Shown here piece after piece: positions 1 through 14,843 of a stretch of DNA of 64,000 nt. Source of the DNA: Eledone cirrhosa (Eukaryota); NCBI GenBank assembly GCA_964016885.1, contig OZ024743.1:83886001-83950000 (forward strand), given 5' to 3'. Position 1 is the first letter of the stretch; every line of letters begins with the position of its first letter. The notes under the pieces were generated by a model. It was not told where the DNA came from. It did not search any database and saw only the letters and a program-made list of their open reading frames with translations. The position numbers were made by a program, and so were the translations under genes.

Positions 1-591
1 ATCGAAATCCCCAATAGGGGGGAATGTAACTTCGGGGTTGTTTTACACCCCGTAGATAGAACAACCCTCAACACCAGGAGCACGTTTTGTAGGTGTTCCT
101 GTCTTCCCTCTGTCTATCTTCCTCAACCTACAGATTTATATACAGAGAAGGCCCATTCACTCGAGCCATTTTCGCCACATTCACCCACCTCTCAGTGAAT
201 TTACTCTCTCCAATCTCACCTTCCTTCTGAAGTGGTACTTAAAGAAGGGGATGAGTTGTTGTCCTGAGAGAAAGGTACTTGCCCTCAGTCCTTTTAACCT
301 CGTCCACCATATTACCTCTTTCGGCATAGCCACCAGACAGAGGAAAACCGCCTCTCCTTCATTCGTAAATGAAGGCGGCGGGGTGATCCTCACGATGGAC
401 TCGGCTGACAACTGGATGCGTCCCACACGTGACAGTAGCTGTTCGACATAATTCCACAGGTCGGTCACCCCTGGGCACTGAACAATTGCGTGCAGAACGG
501 TTTCGATGTCCTGCTCGCATTTTGGACAGGTCCTTTTGGCAGGATCTCTGCCAGGGCGTCCGTATGATAGACGGACAAAAAGGCTATACAT
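1..591 (-). mobile_element. L1/Tx1-type LINE 3' fragment (ORF2 C-terminal zinc finger + 3' UTR)
   Basis: ORF 181-591(-) contains CPKCEQDIETVLHAIVQC...LW, the CX2C-X8-H-X4-C zf-RVT motif of L1/Tx1 ORF2. It is 5'-truncated near 590. Confidence 0.8.
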
Positions 592-745
592 TTATTATAT
601 CCATCCCCTTACTATCACCTCTTCCCTCACTCCACGAATAAAGCAATGTGAAGAGCCTATCACCTTCTCCCTTTCTCCCTCCCTTTCTCCCGTGGCTTCA
701 TAGGCCTTGCTTTTTCTCTCCTTTTTCCTCTCATTTATGGCATTT

Positions 746-960
746 TGAAGGCGCGTGGCTGAATGGTAAGAGAATTGGATTCGCAATTGTGAGGTTGTAA
801 GTTCGATTCCTGGACAGGGCGATGCGTTATGTCCTTGAGCAAGACACTTTATTTCACGTTGCTCCTTCTGCTTGGAGTTGCGACCGATAGAGAGTATTAG
901 CAATTGGAAAGACCAATGGAAACATTGTTTCCACGGTCCGATTTGACGAAAGTCGATCGA
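746..960 (+). mobile_element. tRNA-derived SINE, family A
   Basis: A box TGGCTGAATGG and B box GTTCGATTCC, then a CORE-like GTCCTTGAGCAAGACACTT. Homologous copy at 38025-38242(-). Confidence 0.8.
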
Positions 961-1149
961 GTGTCTTATAGCATTTATAGCCCTTTCTCTTACTTCCCTA
1001 TACAACCAGATCTGCTCTTCTTTACCCCCCCCCCCCCCCTCCCCTGTTCGATACTTGGTTTTCTTTTTATCCCCTGTTTTATTTTTTATTTTTCTTTCAT
1101 ATCTCCATCAATATTTGTAATGTTATTTATACAAATATGTAGATTATTA

Positions 1150-1335
1150 TTGGCAAAATCGGTAGAGCGTCAGACAGGATGTTTTGAGGGATTTAGTTAC
1201 GACTTCCTACGTACTGTCCTTGTACAAATCCCGTCGAGGTCAACTTTGGGTTTCTTTTCGATCTTCCAGAGTCGATAAAATAAAGTACCAGTTAAGTACT
1301 GGGATCGATAAAATCGATTTATCCCTTCCCCCCAA
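1150..1335 (+). mobile_element. SINE family B (degenerate)
   Basis: GGCAAAATCGGTAGAGCG head, CAAATCCCG..GAGGTCAACTTT and GTCGATAAAATAAAGTACCAG..ACTGGG body shared with copies at 1402, 37710, 47032 and 48150-48755. Confidence 0.7.
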
Positions 1336-1401
1336 ATATCGTCATAATTATCATCACCATCACCATCATTGTCATCATTATTGTCATCATCGTTATCACT
1401 A

Positions 1402-1600
1402 CGGTGGATTGGTAGTATTGGTAGAGCGTCGGGCAACATGTTTTGCGGCATATAGTTACGCCCCTTTGCGTTCTGAGTTCAAATCCCGCCTTTCGTCATT
1501 ACGGGGTCAATAAAATAAAGTACCAGTCACGCATTGGGGTCAATTTAATCGACGTTCCCCGCCCCCAAAATTGCTGGCCTTATGCCAAAAGTAAAAACTA
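1402..1600 (+). mobile_element. SINE family B
   Basis: CTGAGTTCAAATCCCGCC B box and ATAAAATAAAGTACCAG body. Confidence 0.7.
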
Positions 1601-4115
1601 TTATCATCATCATCACCATCATCGTCATCATCACCATCATCACCATCATCGCCGTTATCATCATCACCATCGCATCATCGTCATCATCATCGTCGTCGTC
1701 ATCGTATTCACCAGCATCATCACCATCATCATCACCATCATCACCATCACCGCCGTTATCATCGTCATCATAGCTGTTATCATCGCCATTATCACCATCA
1801 CTATCATCATCACCATCACCATCACCACCATCACCATCATCACCATCACCACCACCATCACCATCACCACCACCATCACCATCATCACCACCACCATCAC
1901 CATCATCACCACCACCATCACCATCACCACCATCACCATCATCACCATCACCACCATCACCACCATCACCATCACCACCATCACCATCACCACCACCACC
2001 ATCACCACCATCACCACCATCACCATCACCACCACCATCACCATCATCACCACCACCATCACCACCATCACCATCACCATCATCACCATCACCATCACCA
2101 CCATCACCATCACCACCATCACCACCACCATCACCACCATCACCATCATCACCACCACCATCACCACCATCACCATCATCACCATCACCACCATCACCAT
2201 CACCACCATCACCATCACCATCACCACCACCACCATCACCACCATCACCATCACCACCATCACCATCATCACCATGACCATCACCACCATCACCATCACC
2301 ACCACCATCACCACCATCACCATCATCACCATTATCATCACCACCATCACCATCACCACCATCACCATCACCACCATCACCATCACCACCACCACCATCA
2401 TCACCACCATCACCATCACCACCACCATCACCACCATCACCATCATCACCATCACCACCATCACCATCACCATCACCATCACCACCATCACCATCACCAC
2501 CATCACCACCATCACCATCACCACCATCACCATCATCACCATCACCATCACCACCATCATCACCATCACCACCATCACCATCACCACCACCATCACCACC
2601 ACCATCACCACCATCACCATCATCACCATTATCATCACCACCATCACCATCACCACCATCACCATCACCACCACCACCATCATCACCACCATCACCATCA
2701 CCACCACCATCACCACCATCACCATCATCACCATCACCACCATCACCACCATCACCATCACCATCACCACCATCACCATCACCACCATCACCACCATCAT
2801 CACCATCACCACCATCACCATCACCACCACCATCACCATCACCACCATCACCACCACCACCATCATCACCACCATCACCATCACCACCACCATCACCACC
2901 ATCACCATCATCACCATCATCACCATCACCACCATCACCATCACCATCACCACCATCACCATCACCACCATCACCATCACCACCATCATCACCATCACCA
3001 TCATCACCACCACCATCACCACCATCATCACCATCACCACCATCACCATCACCACCATCACCATCACCATCACCACCACCACCATCACCACCATCACCAT
3101 CATCATCATCACCATCATCACCATCACCATCACCACCACCACCATCACCATCATCACCATTATCATCACCACCATCACCATCACCACCATCACCATCACC
3201 ACCACCACCATCATCACCACCATCACCATCACCACCACCATCACCACCATCACCATCATCACCATCACCACCATCACCATCACCATCACCATCACCACCA
3301 TCACCACCATCACCACCATCACCATCATCACCATCACCATCATCATCACCATCACCACCATCACCATCACCACCACCATCACCACCATCACCATCACCAT
3401 CACCACCATCACCATCACCACCATCACCATCATCACCATCACCACCATCACCACCATCACCATCATCACCATCACCATCATCACCATCACCATCACCACC
3501 ATCACCATCACCATCACCACCATCACCACCATCACCATCACCACCATCACCATCACCATCATCACCATCACCATCACCATCATCACCTTCACCACCATCA
3601 CCATCACCATCATCACCATCACCACCATCACCATCACCATCACCATCACCATCACCACCATCACCATCACCACCATCACCATCACCATCACCACCATCAC
3701 CACCATCACCATCATCACCATCACCATCATCACCATCACCACCATCACCATCACCATCACCACCATCACCATCACCACCATCACCATCACCACCATCACC
3801 ACCATCACCATCATCACCATCACCATCATCACCATCACCATCACCACCATCACCATCACCACCATCACCATCACCACCATCACCATCACCATCACCATCA
3901 CCACCATCACCACCATCACCATCACCACCATCACCATCACCACCATCACCATCACCATCATCACCATCACCATCACCACCATCACCACCATCACCATCAC
4001 CACCATCACCATCACCACCATCATCACCATCACCATCACCACCATCACCACCACCACCATCACCACCACCATCACCATCATCACTACCACCATCACCATC
4101 ATCACCATTATTATC
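1601..4115. repeat. ~2.5-kb compound (CAT/CAC)n trinucleotide array
   Basis: Directly visible. It generates the spurious poly-I/T and poly-M/V ORFs. Confidence 0.97.
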
Positions 4116-4194
4116 GATGTCATCTTGCAGTCATCATTCATTCATATATTTTTATTTTATGAATATTTATTTATTTTCAACATCTGGAAATTCA

Positions 4195-4246
4195 TACACA
4201 CACACACACACACACACAGACACAGACACACACACACACAGACACA

Positions 4247-4303
<57 letters not shown>

Positions 4304-4463
4304 AGACACACACACAGACACACAGACACACACAGACACAGACACACACAGACACACACACACACACACATACACACACGCACGCACACACATACATACA
4401 CACATACATACACACATATACACACACACACATACACATACACACATACACACACACACACAA

Positions 4464-4496
<33 letters not shown>

Positions 4497-4721
4497 CACA
4501 CATACACACATAATCACAAACATATGCACATACGCACACGCACACTCCACCACATACATGTACACACACTCACACACATATTCACAAGCATGTGCACACA
4601 CACGCCCTCGTCACACATACATATACACACATACACAGACAACATATAGTTACAAGTACATATATGCACACATACACAGATACACCTACTCACACACATA
4701 TACACACTCGAAGTGGTGAGT

Positions 4722-4783
<62 letters not shown>

Positions 4784-4863
4784 GGTGGTGGTGGTGGTGA
4801 TGGTGGTGGTGGTGGTGGTGGTGGTGGTGGTGGTGGGTGGTGGTGGTGGTGGTGGTGGTGGTG

Positions 4864-4917
<54 letters not shown>

Positions 4918-5438
4918 ATAGTAGTAGTAGCAGTAGTAGTAGCAGTAGTAGTAGTAGTAGTAGTAGTAGTAGTTACATCAGTTGATAAAGATTTTCTTGG
5001 GTGGACACTACAAACGTTCTCTAATGAAATTTTACTCTTTTATTTATTGCATGTGTGGTGTGTGTAATGTGTGTGGTGTGTGTAATGTGTGTGGTGAGTG
5101 TGTGGTGTGTGGTGAGTGTCTGGTGTGTGTGATGTGTGTGGTGAGTGTGTGGTGTGTGGTGAGTGTGTGGTGTGTATGGTGTGTGTGGTGAGTGTGCGGT
5201 GTGTGTGATGTGTGTGGTGTGTGTGATGTGTGTGGTGTGTGTGGTGTGTGTGGTGTGTGTGATGTGTGTGGTGAGTGTGTGGTGTGTGGTGAGTGTGTGG
5301 TGTGTGTGGTGAGTGTGTGGAGTGTGTGGTGTGTGTGGTGTGTGTCTGGTGTGTGTCTGGTGTGTGTAGTGTGTGTAGTGTGTGTATGTGTGTGTGTGTG
5401 GGGGGGGTATGTCTGGGCTGTGTGTGGTGTGTGTGTCT

Positions 5439-5472
<34 letters not shown>

Positions 5473-5597
5473 AGAGTGTGTGTGTGTTTATGTGTTGTCG
5501 GCTGACCGAGTTTCCTTAGAATCTGAAACTAATACTGCAAGTTAAGTTTAAATTTTAATGCCTACACACACACACACACACGCATACACACATACAT

Positions 5598-5654
<57 letters not shown>

Positions 5655-5700
5655 CGCGCGCGCGCGCATACACACATAGATATTCACACACATACACACA
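4195..5700. repeat. Compound (CA)n, (GTA)n, (GTG)n and GT-rich low-complexity tracts
   Basis: Directly visible. Confidence 0.95.
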
Positions 5701-7099
5701 GACTGATCTGTTCTCGAGATAAACCGTTATTTGTAGTCTTAAAGTTAGATGAAACTTTAGGGTTTAACCCACTCTGAATCTTGTTTCGTGTAAAACTCGG
5801 CACTTGTCCAGATTTCAGTGTTTTTTTAAATTGTCTCCTCCTCATCATCATCATCATCATCATCATTATCATCATTCTTCTTCTTCTTCTTCTTCTTCTT
5901 CTGTTATAAGTAGATAAATAAATAAATAAATAAATAAATAAATAGATAGGTATATCATGTTATAGATAATTGTTCTAATGAGTTATGAGGGATATTGGTT
6001 TTGTATTTAATGTAAATAAATATTAAGTTAAATTAAATTAAATTAACTGGGTTAAAAAGAATATTTATATTTGTATGATTTAAAATGGGAAGATATGGAA
6101 AAAACTCCGGTTTAATTTATTTATTCGTTAGTGTGAGACTATTTAGTCAAAATAAGTATAGATGTTGAAAGATACATTTAGCCAGAATCAGTTAGTGGTT
6201 ATAAATCTATTGAAAAAATATTGACAAAATATTGATAAAGTATTGAAAAAATATTTAAAAATTTGAGAAAAATTTTTTTTTTAAATAATTTATAAGAGAT
6301 AAGTAATTTTTACAGAAATAAAAATTAAAGAAATAAAAATTATTAAAATTAAAATTTAAAAAAAATTAGAATTATATACGCATATATTTTATGAAACTTT
6401 AAGAAGTGGAATTACAGCAAATGTTATATATATTATGATTTAGAGATATCAATATAGTAAAACCAAGTGGATGAGATTGTTATGGAACTAACAAACAGAG
6501 AGAACTGAGACACAGGACATTATCAAACGGGAGCATGGGGAGGACACTAAATACTGTGACACCTACCCTAGTGGCAACTTGGTGCATTCGGCTACCAGAC
6601 CAGGCTCTGCTGCTTCTGTGTGTTTTTAACTAAATACTGTCTTTTTAACTAAATACTGGTTATCTTATCTTATTGGCTGTTTGATAATGTGTTTTATTAA
6701 TTGTCATTGATTAAGCTAATTAAAATGGTTGTATATGTGTGTTGTATAAGGAGTTGTGTGAGAGAGGGAGAGATAGTGTGTGTATGAGAGAGAGAGGGGG
6801 GGTAGAGATTCCTGGTTAACTTGGGTTGTTCTCCAGCCCAAGTTAACCATGAATCTCTAAAATTCTTCCCACCGAAGAACCTACTGGATCTACCAACTCA
6901 TAATATTATAATATAAAATTAAATCAAACATTTTTTAACACAAGTGAAATCATTCTTTCCTTTTTTTCAGTACCTAACTGTACCAAGGATCTCACACATT
7001 TTCCAATATATATATATATATACATATAACACTATGTACCATTGACTCTTGCGTTTGTTTGTTTGTCATTTTGAACTATAGTTGTTGTATGGTTGCAAT

Positions 7100-7424
7100 A
7101 AATGCGTCCGTGGGCGGTATGCCGTTTGGGCACTCAATGCTCACAAGGAGCAGAGTATATTATTATAGATAACGAAGAATCAGTGATGCATCAAAAAACA
7201 ATTTATTAATATATTACATATGTTTCTCCGACGATCAGCTCAAGGCAGGATCTGTTACAGATCTAACCTGACTCCACATTCGCAAGTTTCTCAGATATGT
7301 TTTGCGCTTTCAAAGCATTTCATCCGATTCGATCTGTAACAGATCCTGCCTTGAGCTGATCATCGGAGAAACATATGTAATATGTTAAATTGTGTTTTGA
7401 TGCATCACTGATTCCTCGTTATCT

Positions 7425-7428
<4 letters not shown>
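7100..7428 (-). mobile_element. Fold-back HHR element, family X, copy 1
   Basis: Inverted arms ~7165-7263 / 7331-7428 with a one-sided tail ~7100-7160. Minus strand reads AACATAT-CTGAGAA...GAAACATATGTA. Homologous to 41262 and 45980. Confidence 0.75.
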
Positions 7429-7467
<39 letters not shown>

Positions 7468-7471
<4 letters not shown>

Positions 7472-7872
7472 TTCAAAATATTAACAAAATAGATATTCTT
7501 GTGATCAAGTATATTTTATTATACATATTTCAGAGGTACTGAGTTAAGTTCAACAGTACGTCCTCATCAGATAAAATAAGATGATGCATGACATACCCTG
7601 ACATGGTAGTACTACCATGACTGAATCTTAACCATCTACCATGTCAGGGTATGTCATGCATCATCTTATTTTATTCGATGATGACGTACTGTTGAACTTA
7701 ACTCAGTACCTCTGAAATATGTATAATAAAATATACTTGATCACACGAATATCTATTTTGTTAATATTTTGAATTAATATCAATAACTCTCGAAAACCTT
7801 TTTTCTGTTGAGTGCTTCCAATATTGTAAAACTCATTCTTTGGTGTATTTATTGAACCTTGTTTAACTTTTA
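7468..7872 (+). mobile_element. Fold-back PLE pLTR remnant with HHR, family B
   Basis: Arms 7468-7609 / 7636-7777, tail to ~7872. Intact HHR at 7512-7578(-): TATTTTAT-CTGATGA...GAAATATGTATA-ATAAAATA. Flanked by (TA)n. Confidence 0.8.
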
Positions 7873-8346
7873 AATATATATAAATATATATTTTTTTTTT
7901 TTTTTTTAAATAAAATTTCATTCTAACGACCGAAGTCAGACGTCTGTGTCAGCTTCGTCTGTCTTCGTGAAACCTTTGATAAATGAAATAATTATCTTAT
8001 GTTGTTTATTACATAACTAAAAAGCTCTGTAGCCTACATAGAGCACACTATTTTCCTTTACCTTTCCTACGGAAACACTTCATATACATATATATATATA
8101 TGTATATATTGATATTAATGTTATACATCATGTCGGCTAACATTTGGTTTCATACTTGAACAGGTCATTTTGTTCGACATGATATATATTTTCTTCTGTT
8201 CTGTATTTCTCTGACCTTCATATTTGCAGATATTCTGTAATATCGTCATTAGGTAAATATACATTTCTTCTACTGGTCTATTGATGTGGAGCACTCTCAC
8301 CACATGTTGATCATTACGTTACACACAACACACTGTTGTGTATTTA

Positions 8347-8412
<66 letters not shown>

Positions 8413-8471
8413 TATATATATATATATATGAAAAAGAACACAAGAGCGTCTACAACATCAAAAGATTTTTA

Positions 8472-8523
8472 TTGGCTAACAATGTTTCTTCCTTACGTGT
8501 AACCGTAGGATTCATCAGAGCTA
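8472..8523 (-). ncRNA. Type I hammerhead ribozyme motif
   Basis: AGCT-CTGATGA-ATCCTACGG..ACGTAAGGAA-GAAACATTGTT-AGCC followed by AATAAA. Confidence 0.7.
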
Positions 8524-9239
8524 TAAAAGGGGTTTGATTGGTGTTATGGACTCTACCAACCAAACACCCAAGAACAAAGAGTAAAGAGAGTAAAGAGCAA
8601 AAGTAGGGGACGATAAGTCTAATTTTGGTGCGGGAGGGTGGGGTGTTGATCCTTGTTTACTAGCTGCGGTCATATTCATTCCCGGGAATGAATATAGCTG
8701 AACCATAGATGGGGTGGCGTGGATAGTATGGTGCAGAGGGTGCGCAGAGGCTACACAAACACAAAGGGCGTAGAATACATATATACATATAGCGGAGGAG
8801 AAGGTACATGAGGTAATTAGAAATGGAAAAAGAGTAATAATAATAATCTATAATTAATAGTGTATAATAAGGCATGGGGAAGATTACACTATAATAAGGT
8901 ATAAAGGTAAGAATAAGGTAAAATATAAAGGAGGATAAAAGTGGAAATAATAATAAAGATAAAAAATATATAGAGAATATATAAGGAAATATAAGCGAAT
9001 ATTTGGAGGGGAAAACACAATGTAAAAAAACCGATTTTTTTCAAACAATAATAAAAAATAATAAAAATATAATAATTATGGGGGGAGAAAACAGGATAGA
9101 GAAATATGATCAAGTGTGATTCGTTGAGAGAATATAGGATGATAACAGTTGTGTCCGGTTTATACATCTTAATAATAAATAATAAACAATATGTGTATCA
9201 GAGTTGCAGAACCTTCAATTCGCTTACGGGTTCAAGCCA

Positions 9240-9560
9240 CGTGGCATGGTCCATTGTTTATCTGTGCGGCCATGTGCGTTTGTTTTTGACACCACAGCAG
9301 ATGCACAAGTTTGTAAATTCCAATGCAGATAGAAGTCAATTTTTGCTCACCCGGACATTGACCGAGGATCCAATATTCCTAGTTCAATATGTGTTTGGTG
9401 TTATTTTGTTCGCACAAATCAATCAATTGGTTCAATATATGGAGTATGGTTTCCTGGTCTTCGTGACAGTGTCAGCGGTTGTATATTTGGAAGTCACAAG
9501 GATCACAGTACTCCGGTTTGGTGTGATACCCAAACGTTGAACTTTGGTGTCGATAGGACA
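9240..9560 (-). pseudogene. Possible decayed L1/Tx1 zinc-finger region
   Basis: Manual minus-strand translation gives ...R*HCHEDQETILHILNQ...*EYWILGQ..., which resembles the zf-RVT ET..H.L motif and has in-frame stops. Confidence 0.35.
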
Positions 9561-9992
9561 TCAACGAAGCAGGGTGATATCGCATCTGTGGTACAAAACG
9601 GTGCGGAAGGAAATTCTTCGTCTTCGTTTCATCCGGGTCCAGTAGTCACGTGCAAGAACCGCTACGTAGTAATTGTGGGGTTAATCAGTCAAGTCAGCAA
9701 CTGACCGAAAATTCAGGCAGGCATAACAGCTTTTTTATGTGTTTACGTGTGTCCGACACACACACACACACACACACATATCTATATGTATTTCAACCCA
9801 AGAAACTCAAATGATTCACCCAGTGGTACTACAATCGGTCAAGACAGTAACTGGCCGGCAGTTCCCTTAGGGATTCAGACAGGCATGACAGGTATATTTA
9901 GGTCAAGAGCATCCTTATGTGTTCGTGTGTTCGATACACACAGACACATATCCACATGTATTTCAACTCAAAAAATTTCAGTTGATTCCCCC

Positions 9993-11660
<1,668 letters not shown>

Positions 11661-12144
11661 CTATCTATTTTGTTCGTTTTATCACATACATACATTATAC
11701 CAGCAGAAATATTTATTTTCTGTTGCACGAGCCGGCGATGTTATATATTCCTCTTAAGTTAAATCGTGCAAAACTACAACTGGTCTGAGAGCTGAAGAGG
11801 TGAAATGATGTTTGTATGATGTTGTCTCGTTCATTTTCTTCCTTTGCTGTTTTCTTCCTATCACTTCTCGGGCCAACATACTTCTAGCCATTGATTTCTT
11901 TCTGTCCTTTGGTGTATATGTTACCCGACGCCGTCATTGACGACATTTTGCTTTTTTAACAGCTTCTCTTGCGTTGATTTTTCTCTCATTATTCTATGAA
12001 TTCTTATGACCTCGCGATTCAACTCGTTCTTTGAGAAAACTTTGTTTATATATATATATATATTTAAATAATTTTCAACAATGCTTAAATTTGTGTTTCC
12101 TATTCAACAATGTTTCAAGGAAACACTATGTTATATATATACAC

Positions 12145-12585
12145 ATTTAGATTTGTTGGTTCACCACTGGATAGAACTGGTCATTCCGTAGTCAACCGTG
12201 ATGTAATATTAGGAAAAGCTCTCGACGTAATGCAACTCACCCATCTTCGTTTATGTTGAATCTTGTTGGTGATGCGAGAACGGAGTTAATTATTATTGAG
12301 TAAAATGACAGGAGGCTGGACTGGTGAAATTCCTTAAAGACTTGGCGGTCATCCAGACTGGCAACTACTGGCTCTGGCCGCCTTCAGGTCTTAAACATTT
12401 CTCTCTACTTTTCATCCCCTTGGATTTTATCTACCATTATTATATTCCTTTATTAGATAAATTTCGTAATGCCTGATGATGTCACCGGATTCTTGCAGAG
12501 GCCGGTCATTGAAATGGGCATAGTGTTTGTATATGTAATAAATGTTTAAGGAATTTCACCAGTCCAGCCTCCTGTTATTTTACTC

Positions 12586-12586
<1 letters not shown>
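12145..12586 (+). mobile_element. PLE-like remnant with inverted repeat and HHR
   Basis: 42-bp IR at 12297-12338 / 12545-12586. ATGC-CTGATGA..ACCGG..CCGGT..GAAATGG-GCAT at 12469-12521, with a degenerate stem III. Confidence 0.65.
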
Positions 12587-12630
<44 letters not shown>

Positions 12631-12794
12631 ACATATAACAAAATAAATAGGGATGTACAAATGAAACCATCTTTCTTGTTTATTATATATATATATATAT
12701 ACACACGCACATACATACATACATACATACATACATACATACATACATACATACATACATACATACATACATACATACATACATACATACATTT

Positions 12795-12901
12795 ATTTCA
12801 TATAGAAATGACTTCTACAGGACTAGAACTGTTCCATTCGTTTGATGATTTCATATTAATGAAACAGTTCTAGTTCTGTAGAAGTGATTTCTATATGAAA
12901 T
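12795..12901 (+). mobile_element. Mini fold-back element with degenerate HHR
   Basis: ~44-bp arms. TTGATGA..GAAACAG(TTCTAGTT)CTGTA lies between (ATAC)n and (TA)n. Confidence 0.6.
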
Positions 12902-12919
12902 ATATATATATATATATAT

Positions 12920-13453
12920 GTCTGGCTTATATTCACATAAAAAGAGGTTTTTTTTCACTTAAATTTAATATGTAATATTGCTTCTCTGATTGATATTTTA
13001 TCTATATATTTTATCCATTTATTGAGATGTTTGAATATTAGAAACTAATTTAATATCTAATTATTTGTAAGCTGCTCCTGATTTGTTGAGCTGTCAGACC
13101 GTCCTTTGGCTGCTATTTCTAGCGGTATTATAAGCCTGACTCGTAGTCCTAATTTTAAGAGACATATTATCCATGTAACGGTTCATTTACACAACATGAT
13201 TTTGTACATCATGCTGGATCGGCAACTGGTATGAAGATTTCATGATAAATGTGGTCCCTAAATTAAAGAATACTTCCCTGATGAATTCCTGAATTCTTCA
13301 AATATTGGTTCTTTCCAATACTTGCTTCATCTATGAACGAAACCATGGTATGGAGATAGATATATACTGTAAGATAGACAAAAATATTTTTGGTCTGTCT
13401 GGTTTATATTCCCATAAAAAGAGTGTTTTTTACTTAAATTTAATATGTAATAT
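12920..13453 (+). mobile_element. Retrozyme-like unit (477-bp period, ~58-bp terminal direct repeat) with HHR
   Basis: DR at 12920-12978 / 13397-13453. CTGATGA at 13278, GAAACCATGGTA at 13339-13350. (TA)n flanks and no ORF. Confidence 0.75.
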
Positions 13454-13524
13454 ACGTATATATATATATACATACATATATATATATACATACATACATA
13501 TATATATATATGTATGTATGTATG

Positions 13525-13557
<33 letters not shown>

Positions 13558-13584
13558 GTATGTATATATATATATGTATATATA

Positions 13585-13919
13585 TGGTATCCAATGATGT
13601 TGACTTGTTCTTTTTGGTAAATATCATCTTCGTTAAGAGAGTGGGACTGGCTTTGTGCAGTGCCTTTGCTCACTATAAAAGCTTCACGGCACAGGCATTG
13701 CTTTATATATGGAGATCTCTCTGCACTTGTCATCGCATGGTACCATGGGCCCAGCACTATGTGTCAATAATTGTCACAGGTGTAGTGTTTGTACCAGAGT
13801 TTTCAAGTTGCTGGCCGGACTAAAAAGTCACACTCGTTCAGCGCATCGGTAGGGTTTCTCCTACATAGATATAAAGTAGTGGCCGTACTCGAAAACGAGT
13901 TGGCAGCCACCCAGCCACC

Positions 13920-13920
<1 letters not shown>
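13585..13920 (-). mobile_element. ~610-bp R4-derived non-autonomous element, 5' half only
   Basis: Reverse complement of the first ~330 bp of the copies at 20271, 26117 and 38534. Confidence 0.85.
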
Positions 13921-13977
<57 letters not shown>

Positions 13978-13990
13978 GTATATACATATA

Positions 13991-14021
<31 letters not shown>

Positions 14022-14022
<1 letters not shown>

Positions 14023-14200
14023 GAAAAGGTAAACAAAAATAACAACAATCGGTACAGTATATGGAATTGAAAGAATATATTAGGTTAACGCTTGAAATAG
14101 CAGGAAGAGGACCTTAACATTTCGGATGTTAGTCCTTCATCAGAAGAAAGAATGAGAAATTAGATAGATTGAATGGATGGGCGGGGTGGAATTGGAAGTG
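14022..14200 (-). mobile_element. PLE 3' end (pLTR) with minimal HHR
   Basis: CTT-CTGATGA-AGGACTAACATCC-GAAATGTT-AAG at ~14113-14146(-). It ends ...TTTTCCAT like the element ending at 37295. Confidence 0.7.
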
Positions 14201-14374
14201 TAGAAATTGTTGTTCCCATTAGCAGACCGTGATGCAATAAGCAAAGACACTTAATGTTATACGTATTATCCATCATAGATTTCGTATCTTCTGGTTGGTG
14301 CAGAAACAGAGTTAAAGTCAATATATTCGTTTAATGTTTCATACGAAATATCTTGGAATCCGACCTTCTTTATC

Positions 14375-14434
<60 letters not shown>

Positions 14435-14720
14435 TGCCTGAGAAAATACCTCTATGTGTCCTTAAAACAGTGCACACATATATTTATTTTTTCATATCCA
14501 ATTGAGTTCTTCGCACGAGGCTTGAATTCTTGACAGGGTTCAATGACCTGCGTGTATATTGTTTTATTTTTCACGATGACCTCCCCTCCCATTTGGGGAC
14601 AGTGTGAGATTTTTTTTAGAACTGCTGGACATACAACCTAGGTACCTCTTTCTAGCACTGATGAAGATTATCGCAAAATATTAATGTTGATTTAGTTATT
14701 AATATTGATATTATTGGGCA

Positions 14721-14843
14721 CCCGCTGAAGATTTATAAGAGCGCACTTGCATGGATATCCATTGATCTTATGCAAGCTTCTACATAACTTGGTAAAATTT
14801 TACCCACCATGTAGAAATCTTATAATGAAACGATCGTATGGGG
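14721..14843 (+). ncRNA. Type I HHR with ~95-nt extended stem II
   Basis: CCCG-CTGAAGA-TTTATAAGA...TCTTATAAT-GAAACGATCGTA-TGGG, with palindromic stem III ACGATCGT. Confidence 0.7.

Noticed and set aside
746-822. tRNA gene (also 38451-38520)
   Set aside because: A and B boxes are present, but the acceptor stem is poor and the sequence continues into a SINE body.
1443-4649. 1068-aa ORF (and the 825-aa antisense ORF)
   Set aside because: Translation of stop-free CAT/CAC and CA repeats, starting inside a SINE.
9747-9992. Diverged ~70-bp direct repeat at ~178-bp spacing
   Set aside because: Partly microsatellite with no HHR or other feature, so probably an old local duplication.
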